64,000 nucleotides of DNA from Candidatus Hydrogenedentota bacterium (GTDB lineage: Bacteria > Hydrogenedentota > Hydrogenedentia > Hydrogenedentales > SLHB01). Made by a program: the position numbers and the translations under genes. Where the stretch lies: NCBI GenBank assembly GCA_045863335.1, contig BTVY01000009.1:92918-156917 (forward strand). The letters run 5' to 3'. Each line of letters begins with the position of its first letter. The stretch's first letter is position 1. Positions 38,277 through 47,431 of this stretch are shown in pieces. Below the pieces are notes generated by a model, which did no database searches, was not told where the DNA came from, and saw only the letters and a list, made by a program, of their open reading frames with translations.

Positions 38277-38478
38277 ACCTAATGATAGCATGAAGTGATA
38301 GCAAGTGCCAAGATTGTGACCACCACCAATTTGTCGCATATCCCTTACTTTCGTCGCGACCTACAAATCTTTTACATTCTCTTGACGGGGAACTGACCGG
38401 CTCCGCCTTGCGGTGGGCTACCGTGAACGTGCAGCACACGAGAAAGCACGAGCGAACGGAACCCTACGGGAGGTCATC

Positions 38479-39834
38479 ATGAACGCACCGAATCGAATTC
38501 TAAGCGGAGCGGCTTTGATCGCCGCATGTTTGTTGTTGCTTGGCGCGGTTACGACGGCCATCGCAGAACAGGCCCGCCTGGACGCGTCCCTGGCGACGCC
38601 GATACTTCTGGAAGGTATGCGACAGAATGCGTATCTGCGAGTCGCCGTAACGGGCGAGCCCCTGCCGGATGAAGCGGAGCGCACTCCGGTCAATATGGCC
38701 ATCGTGCTCGACCGTTCCGGTTCCATGCAGGGCGAGAAGATCGCGGCTGCGCGGGAGGCCGCGAAACGGGCCATCGACCGCTTGCATCCCGATGACATCA
38801 TCTCCGTGGTGGCATACGAATCCACCGTTCAGGTGCTGGTCCCAGCGACGCGCGCCACCGATACCGAGTCAATCTACGCGGCCATTGACGGCGTGCAGGC
38901 TGGCGGATCGACGGCCCTCTTCGCAGGGGTAAGCAAGGGCGCCGGCGAGATTCGTAAGTTCCTCAGCAAGGACCGGGTCAATCGCATCGTCCTGCTCTCT
39001 GATGGCTTGGCCAATATCGGCCCGAGTTCTCCCGGCGAACTGGGCGACCTCGGCACCGCCCTGGGCAAGGAAGGAATCGCGGTTTCCACCATGGGACTCG
39101 GCCTGGGCTACAATGAAGACCTGATGACCAAACTGGCCATGGCAAGTGACGGCAACCATATGTTTGTCGAGAACGCGGTAGACTTGGAGCGCGCCTATGC
39201 TTTGGAATTCGGCGATGCCCTCAGTGTGGTCGCGCAGGACGTCGAGATGCGCATCACGTGCAGCACGGGGGTGCGTCCGGTCCGTGTGCTGGGGCGGGAA
39301 GCGACTATCGACGGGCAGGTCATCCGCACGTCCCTCAATCAACTCGCGAGCGGTCAGACGCGATACGTGATTGTGGAACTCGAGATTCCCGCGCACAATG
39401 CGGAAGTCACGGCCGCCGTCGCGGATGTCGCCATCGGCTATCTTGACATGGGAACGAGGGATCGCATCGAGCAGACCCGGACCGTTGTCGCCCAGTTTAC
39501 CGAATCGCAGGAGATGGTTGAGCGCAAGACCGATCCCGAGATCATGGCGAGCGTGGTACAACAGATTGGCGCCGAGCGGAACAGCCTCGCCCTGGCCCTG
39601 CGCGACGAGGGCAAGATCGATGAAGCGCGCGTAATTCTGCAATCGAACGGGGCCTTCCTTCTGGATAACGCTGCGCGATTCAATAGCGAGCAACTTCGAA
39701 AGGACGGCTTGACCAACGAGTTCATGTCGGAAAACCTCGACCCGGAAAGCTATGTCCGGTCGCGCAAGATTGGCAAGGAATATCAGTATAGCGTGAAGAA
39801 GCAACAGGTCGTCGAGTTGGAACCAAAAGAGTGA
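38479..39834 (+). CDS. Secreted von Willebrand factor A domain protein (YfbK-like)
   Basis: Signal peptide; MIDAS DRSGS, GGST and LLSDG.AN; GLGLGYNEDLM. Confidence 0.85.
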   Translation: MNAPNRILSGAALIAACLLLLGAVTTAIAEQARLDASLATPILLEGMRQNAYLRVAVTGEPLPDEAERTPVNMAIVLDRSGSMQGEKIAAAREAAKRAIDRLHPDDIISVVAYESTVQVLVPATRATDTESIYAAIDGVQAGGSTALFAGVSKGAGEIRKFLSKDRVNRIVLLSDGLANIGPSSPGELGDLGTALGKEGIAVSTMGLGLGYNEDLMTKLAMASDGNHMFVENAVDLERAYALEFGDALSVVAQDVEMRITCSTGVRPVRVLGREATIDGQVIRTSLNQLASGQTRYVIVELEIPAHNAEVTAAVADVAIGYLDMGTRDRIEQTRTVVAQFTESQEMVERKTDPEIMASVVQQIGAERNSLALALRDEGKIDEARVILQSNGAFLLDNAARFNSEQLRKDGLTNEFMSENLDPESYVRSRKIGKEYQYSVKKQQVVELEPKE

Positions 39835-41459
39835 AACCACGCCTGCTCGTCATATTCGTCCTGATTGTCGTTGTGCCCCTGGCCGTTCTCGGATGGCTGG
39901 GGGCGAAGCTCGTTCGCGACGAGCAGGCTGTGCTCGAACACCGGTTCGCGCGGCTGATGGAAAGCCAACTGCAAGGCGTTGACGGCGAGATCGCCGGGGT
40001 ATTGGGCCGTTGGCAACGGGAGCTTCGCGCCGATCTCGAGTCCGCTCCAACCACGGCCATCGAACTGCGGGAACGGCTGCGTCGTTCGCCCATAATCACG
40101 AATTACTTCCTGCTGGACAGCGAGCAGCGTTTAATCTATCCATCCCCATTGGAGGAATTGACCCCCGACGAGCACGCGTTCCTGACGCGCACGGCCGAAA
40201 TCTGGAATGAACAGTCCCTCACAACCGATGCGCCACCGGAAACCCAAGCACTCGCGCCCGCGCTGCAGCAGGCAAAGATCAACCCGAAGTCCAACGTTGT
40301 TGCCGGACCCGAACGCCGCGAAGGCTGGTATGCGTGGTTCTGGGGCGACGGCATGCATCTCATCTACTGGCTGCGCAAGAACACCGGCGAGTATGTCGGC
40401 GCGGAACTGAATGTGGCGCGGCTCAAATCCGACATCGTTGTAGCCTTGCCAGACACGGAACCCGAATCAGACACCACGAATGACGTCCGTATGGCACTAG
40501 TGGACGCCAAAGGCGCGCCCATCTACGAGTGGGGCGCATTTGTGCCGATGGAGGGGCAGCGGCCGCGTGCAACGTTGGCGTTGAGCTATCCGCTGGGTGG
40601 TTGGTCCCTCGCATTCTACGCCTCTCCACAACTATCGGGAATCGGGCTATCGCGGGGGCTATGGTTCAACGTGGGCACCGCGCTCGGCCTCGTGATGATT
40701 GCCGTCATCGGCCTTGCCGTCTACTTCTACCGCGAGTACACGCGCGATATGCGGCTCGCCGCGCAACGCGTGTCCTTTGTAAACCAGGTATCCCACGAAC
40801 TCAAGACGCCGCTGACGAATATCCGCATGTACGCCGAACTTCTGGAGCGCGGGCTCGACGACAGCGACGAAAAGTCGCGCACCCACCTCGGCGTCATCGT
40901 ATCGGAAAGCCAGCGCTTGAGTCGTCTCATTGGCAACGTATTAACCTTCAGCCGGCGCGAACGGCATACCCTGAAATTGCGGACTGAACCCGCAAGCATC
41001 GACGCCATCATCGGTGCGGTGCTCGATCATTACCGGCCCGCGCTGGACGCCAAGGAAATCGAGACGGTGTTCACGTCCGGCGCGCCGGACCAGGCGCTGG
41101 TTGACACAGACGTGGTGGAACAAATCGTCGGCAATCTGATCAGCAATGTGGAAAAATATGGCGCAGAGGGAAAGCTTCTGGTCGTGGAGACAAGCCAGGA
41201 CGGCGATGAAGTGATGATACAGGTTTCCGACGCGGGCCCCGGGATCCCGGAATCCGAGCGCGAGCGCGTATTCGAACCGTTCTATCGCGTGAGCGATCGG
41301 CTTTCGGATGGGGTAACAGGAACGGGCATTGGACTCGCCATTGCGCGGGAACTGGCGGTGCTTCACGGCGGCGCGCTTATCTTGGTTCCATCGGAACGAG
41401 GCGCGGCGTTCCTCGTGACGCTGCATTGTCCACGCGTCCCGGAGGGAGGGGATCCATGA
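39831..41459 (+). CDS. Membrane sensor histidine kinase
   Basis: Two TM segments, H-box VSHELKTPL, N-box NLISNVEKY, D.GPGI and GTGIGL. Confidence 0.92.
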   Translation: MKPRLLVIFVLIVVVPLAVLGWLGAKLVRDEQAVLEHRFARLMESQLQGVDGEIAGVLGRWQRELRADLESAPTTAIELRERLRRSPIITNYFLLDSEQRLIYPSPLEELTPDEHAFLTRTAEIWNEQSLTTDAPPETQALAPALQQAKINPKSNVVAGPERREGWYAWFWGDGMHLIYWLRKNTGEYVGAELNVARLKSDIVVALPDTEPESDTTNDVRMALVDAKGAPIYEWGAFVPMEGQRPRATLALSYPLGGWSLAFYASPQLSGIGLSRGLWFNVGTALGLVMIAVIGLAVYFYREYTRDMRLAAQRVSFVNQVSHELKTPLTNIRMYAELLERGLDDSDEKSRTHLGVIVSESQRLSRLIGNVLTFSRRERHTLKLRTEPASIDAIIGAVLDHYRPALDAKEIETVFTSGAPDQALVDTDVVEQIVGNLISNVEKYGAEGKLLVVETSQDGDEVMIQVSDAGPGIPESERERVFEPFYRVSDRLSDGVTGTGIGLAIARELAVLHGGALILVPSERGAAFLVTLHCPRVPEGGDP

Positions 41460-42142
41460 GAGTCTTGATCGCCGAAGACGACGCCCACATCCGAAATGGA
41501 CTCGCCGAGATCCTCCAGGACGAGGGCTACGAAACGTTGACGGCCCGGGATGGACGAGAGGCGCTTGCGTTGTTCAAACAACAGACCCCGGACTTCATTT
41601 GTCTCGACATCATGATGCCGGGAGTTAATGGCTACGACGTGTGCCGTGAGATTCGCAAAGAGAACGCGGCTGTTCCTATCGTCTTCATCAGCGCCAAGTC
41701 GGAAGAGGTAGACAAAGTCCTTGGTCTGGAACTGGGAGCCGACGACTACATTCTCAAGCCATTCGGCGTGCGCGAGGTGGTGGCGCGGATTCGCGCAGTC
41801 ACCCGCCGGTGTTTTGCCGCGAAGCCCGGTGCACAGTTGGAAGAGCCGTTCGTCATGGGTGACCTTGAGATTGTCCCTTCCCAATTGCGGGCGCGTCGCG
41901 GCGACGATACGATTGACCTTAGCCTTCGCGACGTGCGGATCCTTGCGCTGCTCTACCGGAACCGAGGAAGGGTCGTCGACCGCAATACGTTTTTCGACGA
42001 GTGCTGGGGCATGGACCACATGCCCAATAGCCGCACGCTCGACCAGCACATTTCGCAGCTCCGCAAGCGCATCGAGCGCGATCCGAAGAACCCGGAAATA
42101 ATCCGCACGGTCCACGGGGTTGGCTACCGGTATGATGAATAG
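41456..42142 (+). CDS. OmpR-family response regulator
   Basis: AEDD, CLDIMMP, GADDYILKPF and winged-helix TVHGVGYR. Confidence 0.93.
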   Translation: MRVLIAEDDAHIRNGLAEILQDEGYETLTARDGREALALFKQQTPDFICLDIMMPGVNGYDVCREIRKENAAVPIVFISAKSEEVDKVLGLELGADDYILKPFGVREVVARIRAVTRRCFAAKPGAQLEEPFVMGDLEIVPSQLRARRGDDTIDLSLRDVRILALLYRNRGRVVDRNTFFDECWGMDHMPNSRTLDQHISQLRKRIERDPKNPEIIRTVHGVGYRYDE

Positions 42143-42965
42143 TTCCGCGCAGGCCACCGAACCAGAGCCCGCACCGCGCCCGTCTCTGGGACTCTACGCG
42201 TGGTTTGGAATCCCCGTGCCCGTTACTGACCGGTTGAAGATGATCCATGATGCCGGATTTGAATCCACGGGGTTGTGGTGGGAGGAGGAGAACGAGCAGC
42301 GCCGGCGCTTGCGGCATCTCCTTCCAAACCTCGTGCGGCGAATCGGATTGCACATCGACAATTTTCACGCGCCTTACGCCGGCTGCAATGCGCTCTGGAG
42401 TTCCAACGACGAAGACCGCGCAACGATGGTGAGACGCCATATGGGTTGGGTGGAGGATTGCGCCCGCCACGGCGTGGAAACCCTCGTCATGCACGTCACC
42501 CAGGGCACGGCCACGCCGCCGCCCAACAATGCGGGTCTCGACAGCCTGCGCCGTATCGTCGATGTAGGCGAGGGTCACGGGGTGACTATCGCAATCGAAA
42601 ACACCCGAAGCACTGCCCACATCGATTGGCTGCTCGAACGGATTCCATCGCATCAGCTAGGCCTCTGCTACGATTCCAGCCACGACTGGCTGTACAGCGC
42701 TGAACCGGGTGCGCTTTTGCGCCGGTGGGCGGCACGCGTCGTGACCACTCACTTCTCCGATACGGACGGGCGCCGCGACCAGCATTGGTTGCCTCGCTTG
42801 GGCGTGGTCGACTTTCCTGCCATTCGCGATGCAGGGCCGTGGCCGTCGTTTAACGGATGTCTCATGCTCGAAGTCGTACCGCAGCGACGAAAGCAGTCTG
42901 CGGAAGCGTTCCTCAACGACGCGTTTCGCGCGGCCCAATGTCTTGCAGCGGAATTCGCGGCGTAA
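42132..42965 (+). CDS. Sugar phosphate isomerase/epimerase (xylose isomerase-like TIM barrel, AP_endonuc_2)
   Basis: FHAPY, IAIEN, CYDSSH, HFSD..G..DQHWLP and LE. Confidence 0.8.
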   Translation: MMNSSAQATEPEPAPRPSLGLYAWFGIPVPVTDRLKMIHDAGFESTGLWWEEENEQRRRLRHLLPNLVRRIGLHIDNFHAPYAGCNALWSSNDEDRATMVRRHMGWVEDCARHGVETLVMHVTQGTATPPPNNAGLDSLRRIVDVGEGHGVTIAIENTRSTAHIDWLLERIPSHQLGLCYDSSHDWLYSAEPGALLRRWAARVVTTHFSDTDGRRDQHWLPRLGVVDFPAIRDAGPWPSFNGCLMLEVVPQRRKQSAEAFLNDAFRAAQCLAAEFAA

Positions 42966-44137
42966 TGGAGACGGATGTCGTTGTCGTTGGCGGGGGTGCC
43001 GCGGGGATGATGTGCGCCATGACCGCCGGGCAACGCGGGCGGCGCGTCGTACTCCTCGAAGGCAATGCGAAGGCGGGGGAGAAGATTCGCATCTCCGGCG
43101 GTGGCCGCTGCAATTTCACGAACGTCAATACTTCGCCCGAGAATTTTGTGTCCGCGAACCCGCGATTCTGCACGTCCGCGCTGGCGCGATACACGCCCCA
43201 GGATTTCATCGCGCTGATCGAACGCCACGGCATCGCATACCACGAGAAGAAACTGGGCCAGCTCTTCTGTGACGGTTCATCGCGCGACGTAATCGACATG
43301 CTCGTGAACGAATGCCTCGCTGCGGGCGTCGAGATTGTCACGGACTGCCGCGTATCAAACGTTGATCGTGCGGACCAGTTCCGCGTCTCCTCGAACCGGG
43401 GACAATGGACCTCGTCTTCGCTGGTCGTGGCGACCGGCGGACTCTCAATTCCAAAGTTGGGCACGACTGATTTCGGATATCGCGTCGCGAAACAGTTCGG
43501 CCTCGCCATGCGCAATCCCGAGCCCGCGCTGGTGCCGTTGCTATTTTCAGCGGAAGACGTGAGGCGCTACGACGGGCTTTCGGGGGTCTCCTTCGACGCG
43601 GAGATTCAATGCAACGGAGTATCGTTTCGCGAGAACGCACTTTTCACCCATCGCGGTCTGAGCGGTCCGGCCATTCTTCAAATCTCCTCGTACTGGCAAC
43701 CGGGCCGGTCCATCGTCATCAATATGGCGCCAGCATCCGATGTGCGCGAGCGGTTACTCGAACTAAAGCGATCCGGGTCCCACGCGGAAGTGGCGACGGG
43801 GCTTTGCGAGTTCTTGCCCAAGCGGCTCGCGCATCGTTGGTCCGAACTCCACGGATGGACCGGCACGCTAGCCGACCAAAAAGACACGACCATCACCGCT
43901 ATCGCGGAGGCGTTGCACGGCTGGACACTCATGCCTGCAGGTACAGAAGGCTTCAAGAAAGCAGAGGTCACTCGCGGTGGTGTCGACACGGCGGAGTTGT
44001 CCCCAAAGACGCTGGAAAGCAAAAAGGTGTCGGGGCTCTACTTCATCGGAGAGGTGGTCGACGTGACCGGCTGGCTGGGCGGTTACAATTTCCAATGGGC
44101 CTGGTCGTCAGGTTACGCCGCCGGACAATCGGCCTAG
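42965..44137 (+). CDS. HI0933/YhiN/BaiN-family flavoprotein
   Basis: GGGAAG, KIRISGGGRCNFTN, ATGGLS.P, FTH.G.SGP, VTRGGV and GGYNFQWAWSSG. Confidence 0.92.
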   Translation: METDVVVVGGGAAGMMCAMTAGQRGRRVVLLEGNAKAGEKIRISGGGRCNFTNVNTSPENFVSANPRFCTSALARYTPQDFIALIERHGIAYHEKKLGQLFCDGSSRDVIDMLVNECLAAGVEIVTDCRVSNVDRADQFRVSSNRGQWTSSSLVVATGGLSIPKLGTTDFGYRVAKQFGLAMRNPEPALVPLLFSAEDVRRYDGLSGVSFDAEIQCNGVSFRENALFTHRGLSGPAILQISSYWQPGRSIVINMAPASDVRERLLELKRSGSHAEVATGLCEFLPKRLAHRWSELHGWTGTLADQKDTTITAIAEALHGWTLMPAGTEGFKKAEVTRGGVDTAELSPKTLESKKVSGLYFIGEVVDVTGWLGGYNFQWAWSSGYAAGQSA

Positions 44138-44142
44138 ACCGA

Positions 44143-45150
44143 TCAGTCCCGGCGTTGCTCGTTGGCGCCCTCGCTAAATGTCTTGAGGCGGTCGATTCGA
44201 TCCGGCTCGCTCTTCATGATCCACTCGTCTTGTGACAACTCCCGATAGGCCAGAGCGAAGTATTCCTGTGCTTTGTCGGGGCGACCGAGCGCCAAAAGAC
44301 ATTCGCCCAATTCCTCGTACACGTACCCGTCGGTTACGCCAGCCGCGTCCAGGTCCTCCAGCAGCGCTTCTTGCATTTCCAGCGCTTCCTCCACGCGCCC
44401 CAGCGAGCGCAGGGTCCGCGCGACAGACCAACGCGCGACGCGGATCTGTTCCGGCTGCCCGTGTTCAGAATACCACTCCAGCGCGTTCTCAAACATCGCA
44501 AGCGCCTGGTCGTAGTTCCCAGTGTCGTGATACGACCAACCGAGGTTGTTGTATATGGGGCCAAGCCAACGCCGCGCAAGCGGGTCCTTCGAGTGTTTCG
44601 CGATGTCCAGCGCCTTCTCCGACCACGCAATCTGCTCCGCAGGCGGTTCGACAATACCCATCATGTGGGCTGCGTCGATCGCGTGACGATCCAGTCCCGC
44701 GCGCCCGGCCAACGCCAGGGCCTCCAGGAAGTATTGCCGGCTTTCGGCGGGTTTGCCTGCACTGTTCAGCAGACGCCCGCGTTCGAGCAGAATACGTGTC
44801 TGGACCTCGAACGCATCTTCCGGCGCCAAAGCTTGGGCTTCGTCGAGCGTGACGTGCGCCGCGTCAAATTCATTCTGCAACCCCTGCGCCCGTGCAATCT
44901 GTGTCAACACTTCCGACCGAAACGCCGGCTCCCGCGAAGCTTCCATGAACGCCCGGAACCGCTCTTCGGACGAAGCAGGGCTGCTGAAGTCCCAGAGGTC
45001 ATCGATGTGGTTCACCGGGAAGCTGCGCGGTCCCAATTTGTCGTTCCCCTTGGTCGTACAACCCATCCCCAGAAATGCAATCGCCACAATCGCAACGCAT
45101 ACTTGTCCCCGGAAGGCGCGTGATGTACGGTGTAGGTTCTCAGTCACCAT
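44143..45150 (-). CDS. Tetratricopeptide-repeat protein, possible lipoprotein
   Basis: Hydrophobic stretch ending LGMGC; TPR-like helices (YNNLGWSYHDTGNYDQAL, EELGECLLALG). Confidence 0.78.
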   Translation of the reverse strand: MVTENLHRTSRAFRGQVCVAIVAIAFLGMGCTTKGNDKLGPRSFPVNHIDDLWDFSSPASSEERFRAFMEASREPAFRSEVLTQIARAQGLQNEFDAAHVTLDEAQALAPEDAFEVQTRILLERGRLLNSAGKPAESRQYFLEALALAGRAGLDRHAIDAAHMMGIVEPPAEQIAWSEKALDIAKHSKDPLARRWLGPIYNNLGWSYHDTGNYDQALAMFENALEWYSEHGQPEQIRVARWSVARTLRSLGRVEEALEMQEALLEDLDAAGVTDGYVYEELGECLLALGRPDKAQEYFALAYRELSQDEWIMKSEPDRIDRLKTFSEGANEQRRD

Positions 45151-45258
45151 GGTGGAATACGTGTACCCGAACGCGATGGATATATCAACTCCTCAATCGA
45201 AACGCTTTTGCCCCTGGGACGGATTCCCGCTGGGTATTACGATACCGGAATTCATTTG

Positions 45259-47421
45259 ATGACGCAGATCCAGGAAATACTTCAGCGATACTGGGGGTAT
45301 GAATCATTCCGGCCGTTGCAGCGGGAGGCCATGCAAGCGGTCATGGACCGGAAGGACTCGGTTGTGATCCTTCCGACCGGCGGGGGGAAATCCCTCTGTT
45401 TTCAAGCCCCTGCGCTGGTCTTGCCGGGAATGGCTGTGGTGATTTCGCCGCTCATATCGCTCATGAAAGACCAGGTTGACGCGCTCACGGCAAACGGAAT
45501 TTCCGCGGCGGCCATTCACAGCATGATGAATGCGGAGGAACGCCGGTCCGTGGACCGAGCCATTCGCGACGGGTTGCTCAAGATTCTATACGTGTCCCCC
45601 GAACGGCTCGCGCAGGAGCGATTCCGCGACTACCTGCGCGACGCGAACGTGTCGTTCATGGTGGTCGACGAGGCGCACTGCATCAGCCAATGGGGTCACG
45701 ATTTCAGGCCCGAGTACCGGCAGTTGCGGGGCTTGCGCGATACCTTCCCGGACGTCCATGTCCACGCCTACACCGCGACGGCCACGAGCCACGTGCGTAA
45801 CGATATTGTCGAAGAACTGTCCCTGCGCGATCCCGAGGTGCTGGTTGGGTCCTTCGATCGGCCTAACCTCGTCTACCGGGCTGAACGGCGTGCGGACAGC
45901 TTCCAGCAGATCGGCCGCGTTCTGGGCCGCCACGAGGGCGAGTCCGGCATTATTTACTGCATCAGCCGCAAGGAAGTGGACTCGCTATGCGAGCGGCTGA
46001 ATCTTGCGGGTCACAAGGCGGTGCCGTATCACGCGGGCCTTCCCGACGAGGATCGCAAACGCAATCAGGACGCATTCATTCGCGACAAGGCGGATATCGT
46101 TGTGGCGACAGTTGCCTTCGGCATGGGCATCGACAAGCCCGACGTCCGATTCGTCATTCACGCCGGTATGCCCAAGTCTATCGAACACTATCAGCAAGAA
46201 AGCGGCCGCGCCGGGCGCGACGGGTTGGAAGCAGAGTGCCGGCTTCTCTATTCCGGCGCCGACTTTATGATTTGGAAGAGCATGCTGGCGAAGCAAGAGG
46301 GTGAAGCGGTCGAAATCGCGTTGTCCAAGCTTGAAGACATGCAGCGCTACTGTACGGGCGCCGCGTGCCGCCGCAAGACGTTGCTCGCCTACTTTGACGA
46401 GCACTATCCCAAGGACCGCTGCGGCGCCTGCGACTATTGTCTGAACGAACTGGATACGGTCGAAGGCTCCCGCGAGATTGTGCGCGCCATTCTTGCCTGC
46501 GTGGACGAACTCGGCTCCATGGCCGGACCGACCTACACTGCGCTCGTGCTCTCTGGAGCGACCGAAGAACGCGTCCTGTCCAAGGGCCACGACAACCTGA
46601 GCACGTACGCGAGTCTGGCCTCCGAAGGGCAGCGCGCGGTTCGGGACTGGATCGAGCAACTGGTCGCGCAGGGGTACCTGGAGAAGACGGGTGAGTACAA
46701 TGTCCTCAGCGTAACGGCGCTGGGGCGCGGCGCGGACGATCGGGAGCCCGCGCTGACGAAAGTCTCGGGACGCACTCGGAAGTCGACGGTCGCCGCGGTG
46801 AAGTCCATGGAGGGCGTCGACGCCGGCCTATTCGAAGCGCTGCGAACGCTGCGCCGCCAGGAGGCGGAGGAGCGCCGCGTGCCGCCTTACGTCATTTTCA
46901 GCGATGCCTCCCTTATGGATATGGCGCGGAAACGGCCGACAAACACGATCGAGTTTCTGGGGGTTCATGGTGTCGGTCAGAAGAAGTTTCGCGACTTCGG
47001 AGACGCGTTTATCGCTGTAATTCAGCGGTATTGCGACGAACACGGGCTGAGCACGAACGTTACCGTATCAACAAGCGCCGCGTTTGAATTGGATGACGTA
47101 CCGACGCGCAAGCGCCCATCAAAGAACGATACCTGGCGCCAGTGCGAGCCGCTTTTCAAACAAGGCAGAACGATCGAAGAAGTAAGCGCGATTATCCAGC
47201 GCGCGCCGTCAACGGTCGCAGGCTACTTGCTGAAATACATCGAAGAGAATCAGATAGACGATCCGTCGCCCTGGGTGCATGGATCCATCTTCGAACGGGT
47301 GCGAGAATGCGCCAGATCCATGGAAACGGACCGGATGAAGCCGGTCTATCAGGCGCTGAACGAAGAAGTCAGCTACGAAGAAATCCGCATCTGCATGGCC
47401 TGCATGCGGAATCTGGGATGA
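45259..47421 (+). CDS. recQ: ATP-dependent DNA helicase RecQ (RQC, HRDC and C-terminal HTH)
   Basis: PTGGGKS, DEAHCISQWGHDFRPEY, TATA, QESGRAGRDG, Zn-binding CRR...CGACD.C and HRDC PPYVIFSD. Confidence 0.95.
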   Translation: MTQIQEILQRYWGYESFRPLQREAMQAVMDRKDSVVILPTGGGKSLCFQAPALVLPGMAVVISPLISLMKDQVDALTANGISAAAIHSMMNAEERRSVDRAIRDGLLKILYVSPERLAQERFRDYLRDANVSFMVVDEAHCISQWGHDFRPEYRQLRGLRDTFPDVHVHAYTATATSHVRNDIVEELSLRDPEVLVGSFDRPNLVYRAERRADSFQQIGRVLGRHEGESGIIYCISRKEVDSLCERLNLAGHKAVPYHAGLPDEDRKRNQDAFIRDKADIVVATVAFGMGIDKPDVRFVIHAGMPKSIEHYQQESGRAGRDGLEAECRLLYSGADFMIWKSMLAKQEGEAVEIALSKLEDMQRYCTGAACRRKTLLAYFDEHYPKDRCGACDYCLNELDTVEGSREIVRAILACVDELGSMAGPTYTALVLSGATEERVLSKGHDNLSTYASLASEGQRAVRDWIEQLVAQGYLEKTGEYNVLSVTALGRGADDREPALTKVSGRTRKSTVAAVKSMEGVDAGLFEALRTLRRQEAEERRVPPYVIFSDASLMDMARKRPTNTIEFLGVHGVGQKKFRDFGDAFIAVIQRYCDEHGLSTNVTVSTSAAFELDDVPTRKRPSKNDTWRQCEPLFKQGRTIEEVSAIIQRAPSTVAGYLLKYIEENQIDDPSPWVHGSIFERVRECARSMETDRMKPVYQALNEEVSYEEIRICMACMRNLG

Positions 47422-47431
47422 GGGGGGGCAA

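Noticed and set aside
38479-39834. vWA protein as the partner of the MoxR ATPase at 62571
   Set aside because: It lies 23 kb away, has a signal peptide, and is coupled to a two-component system instead.
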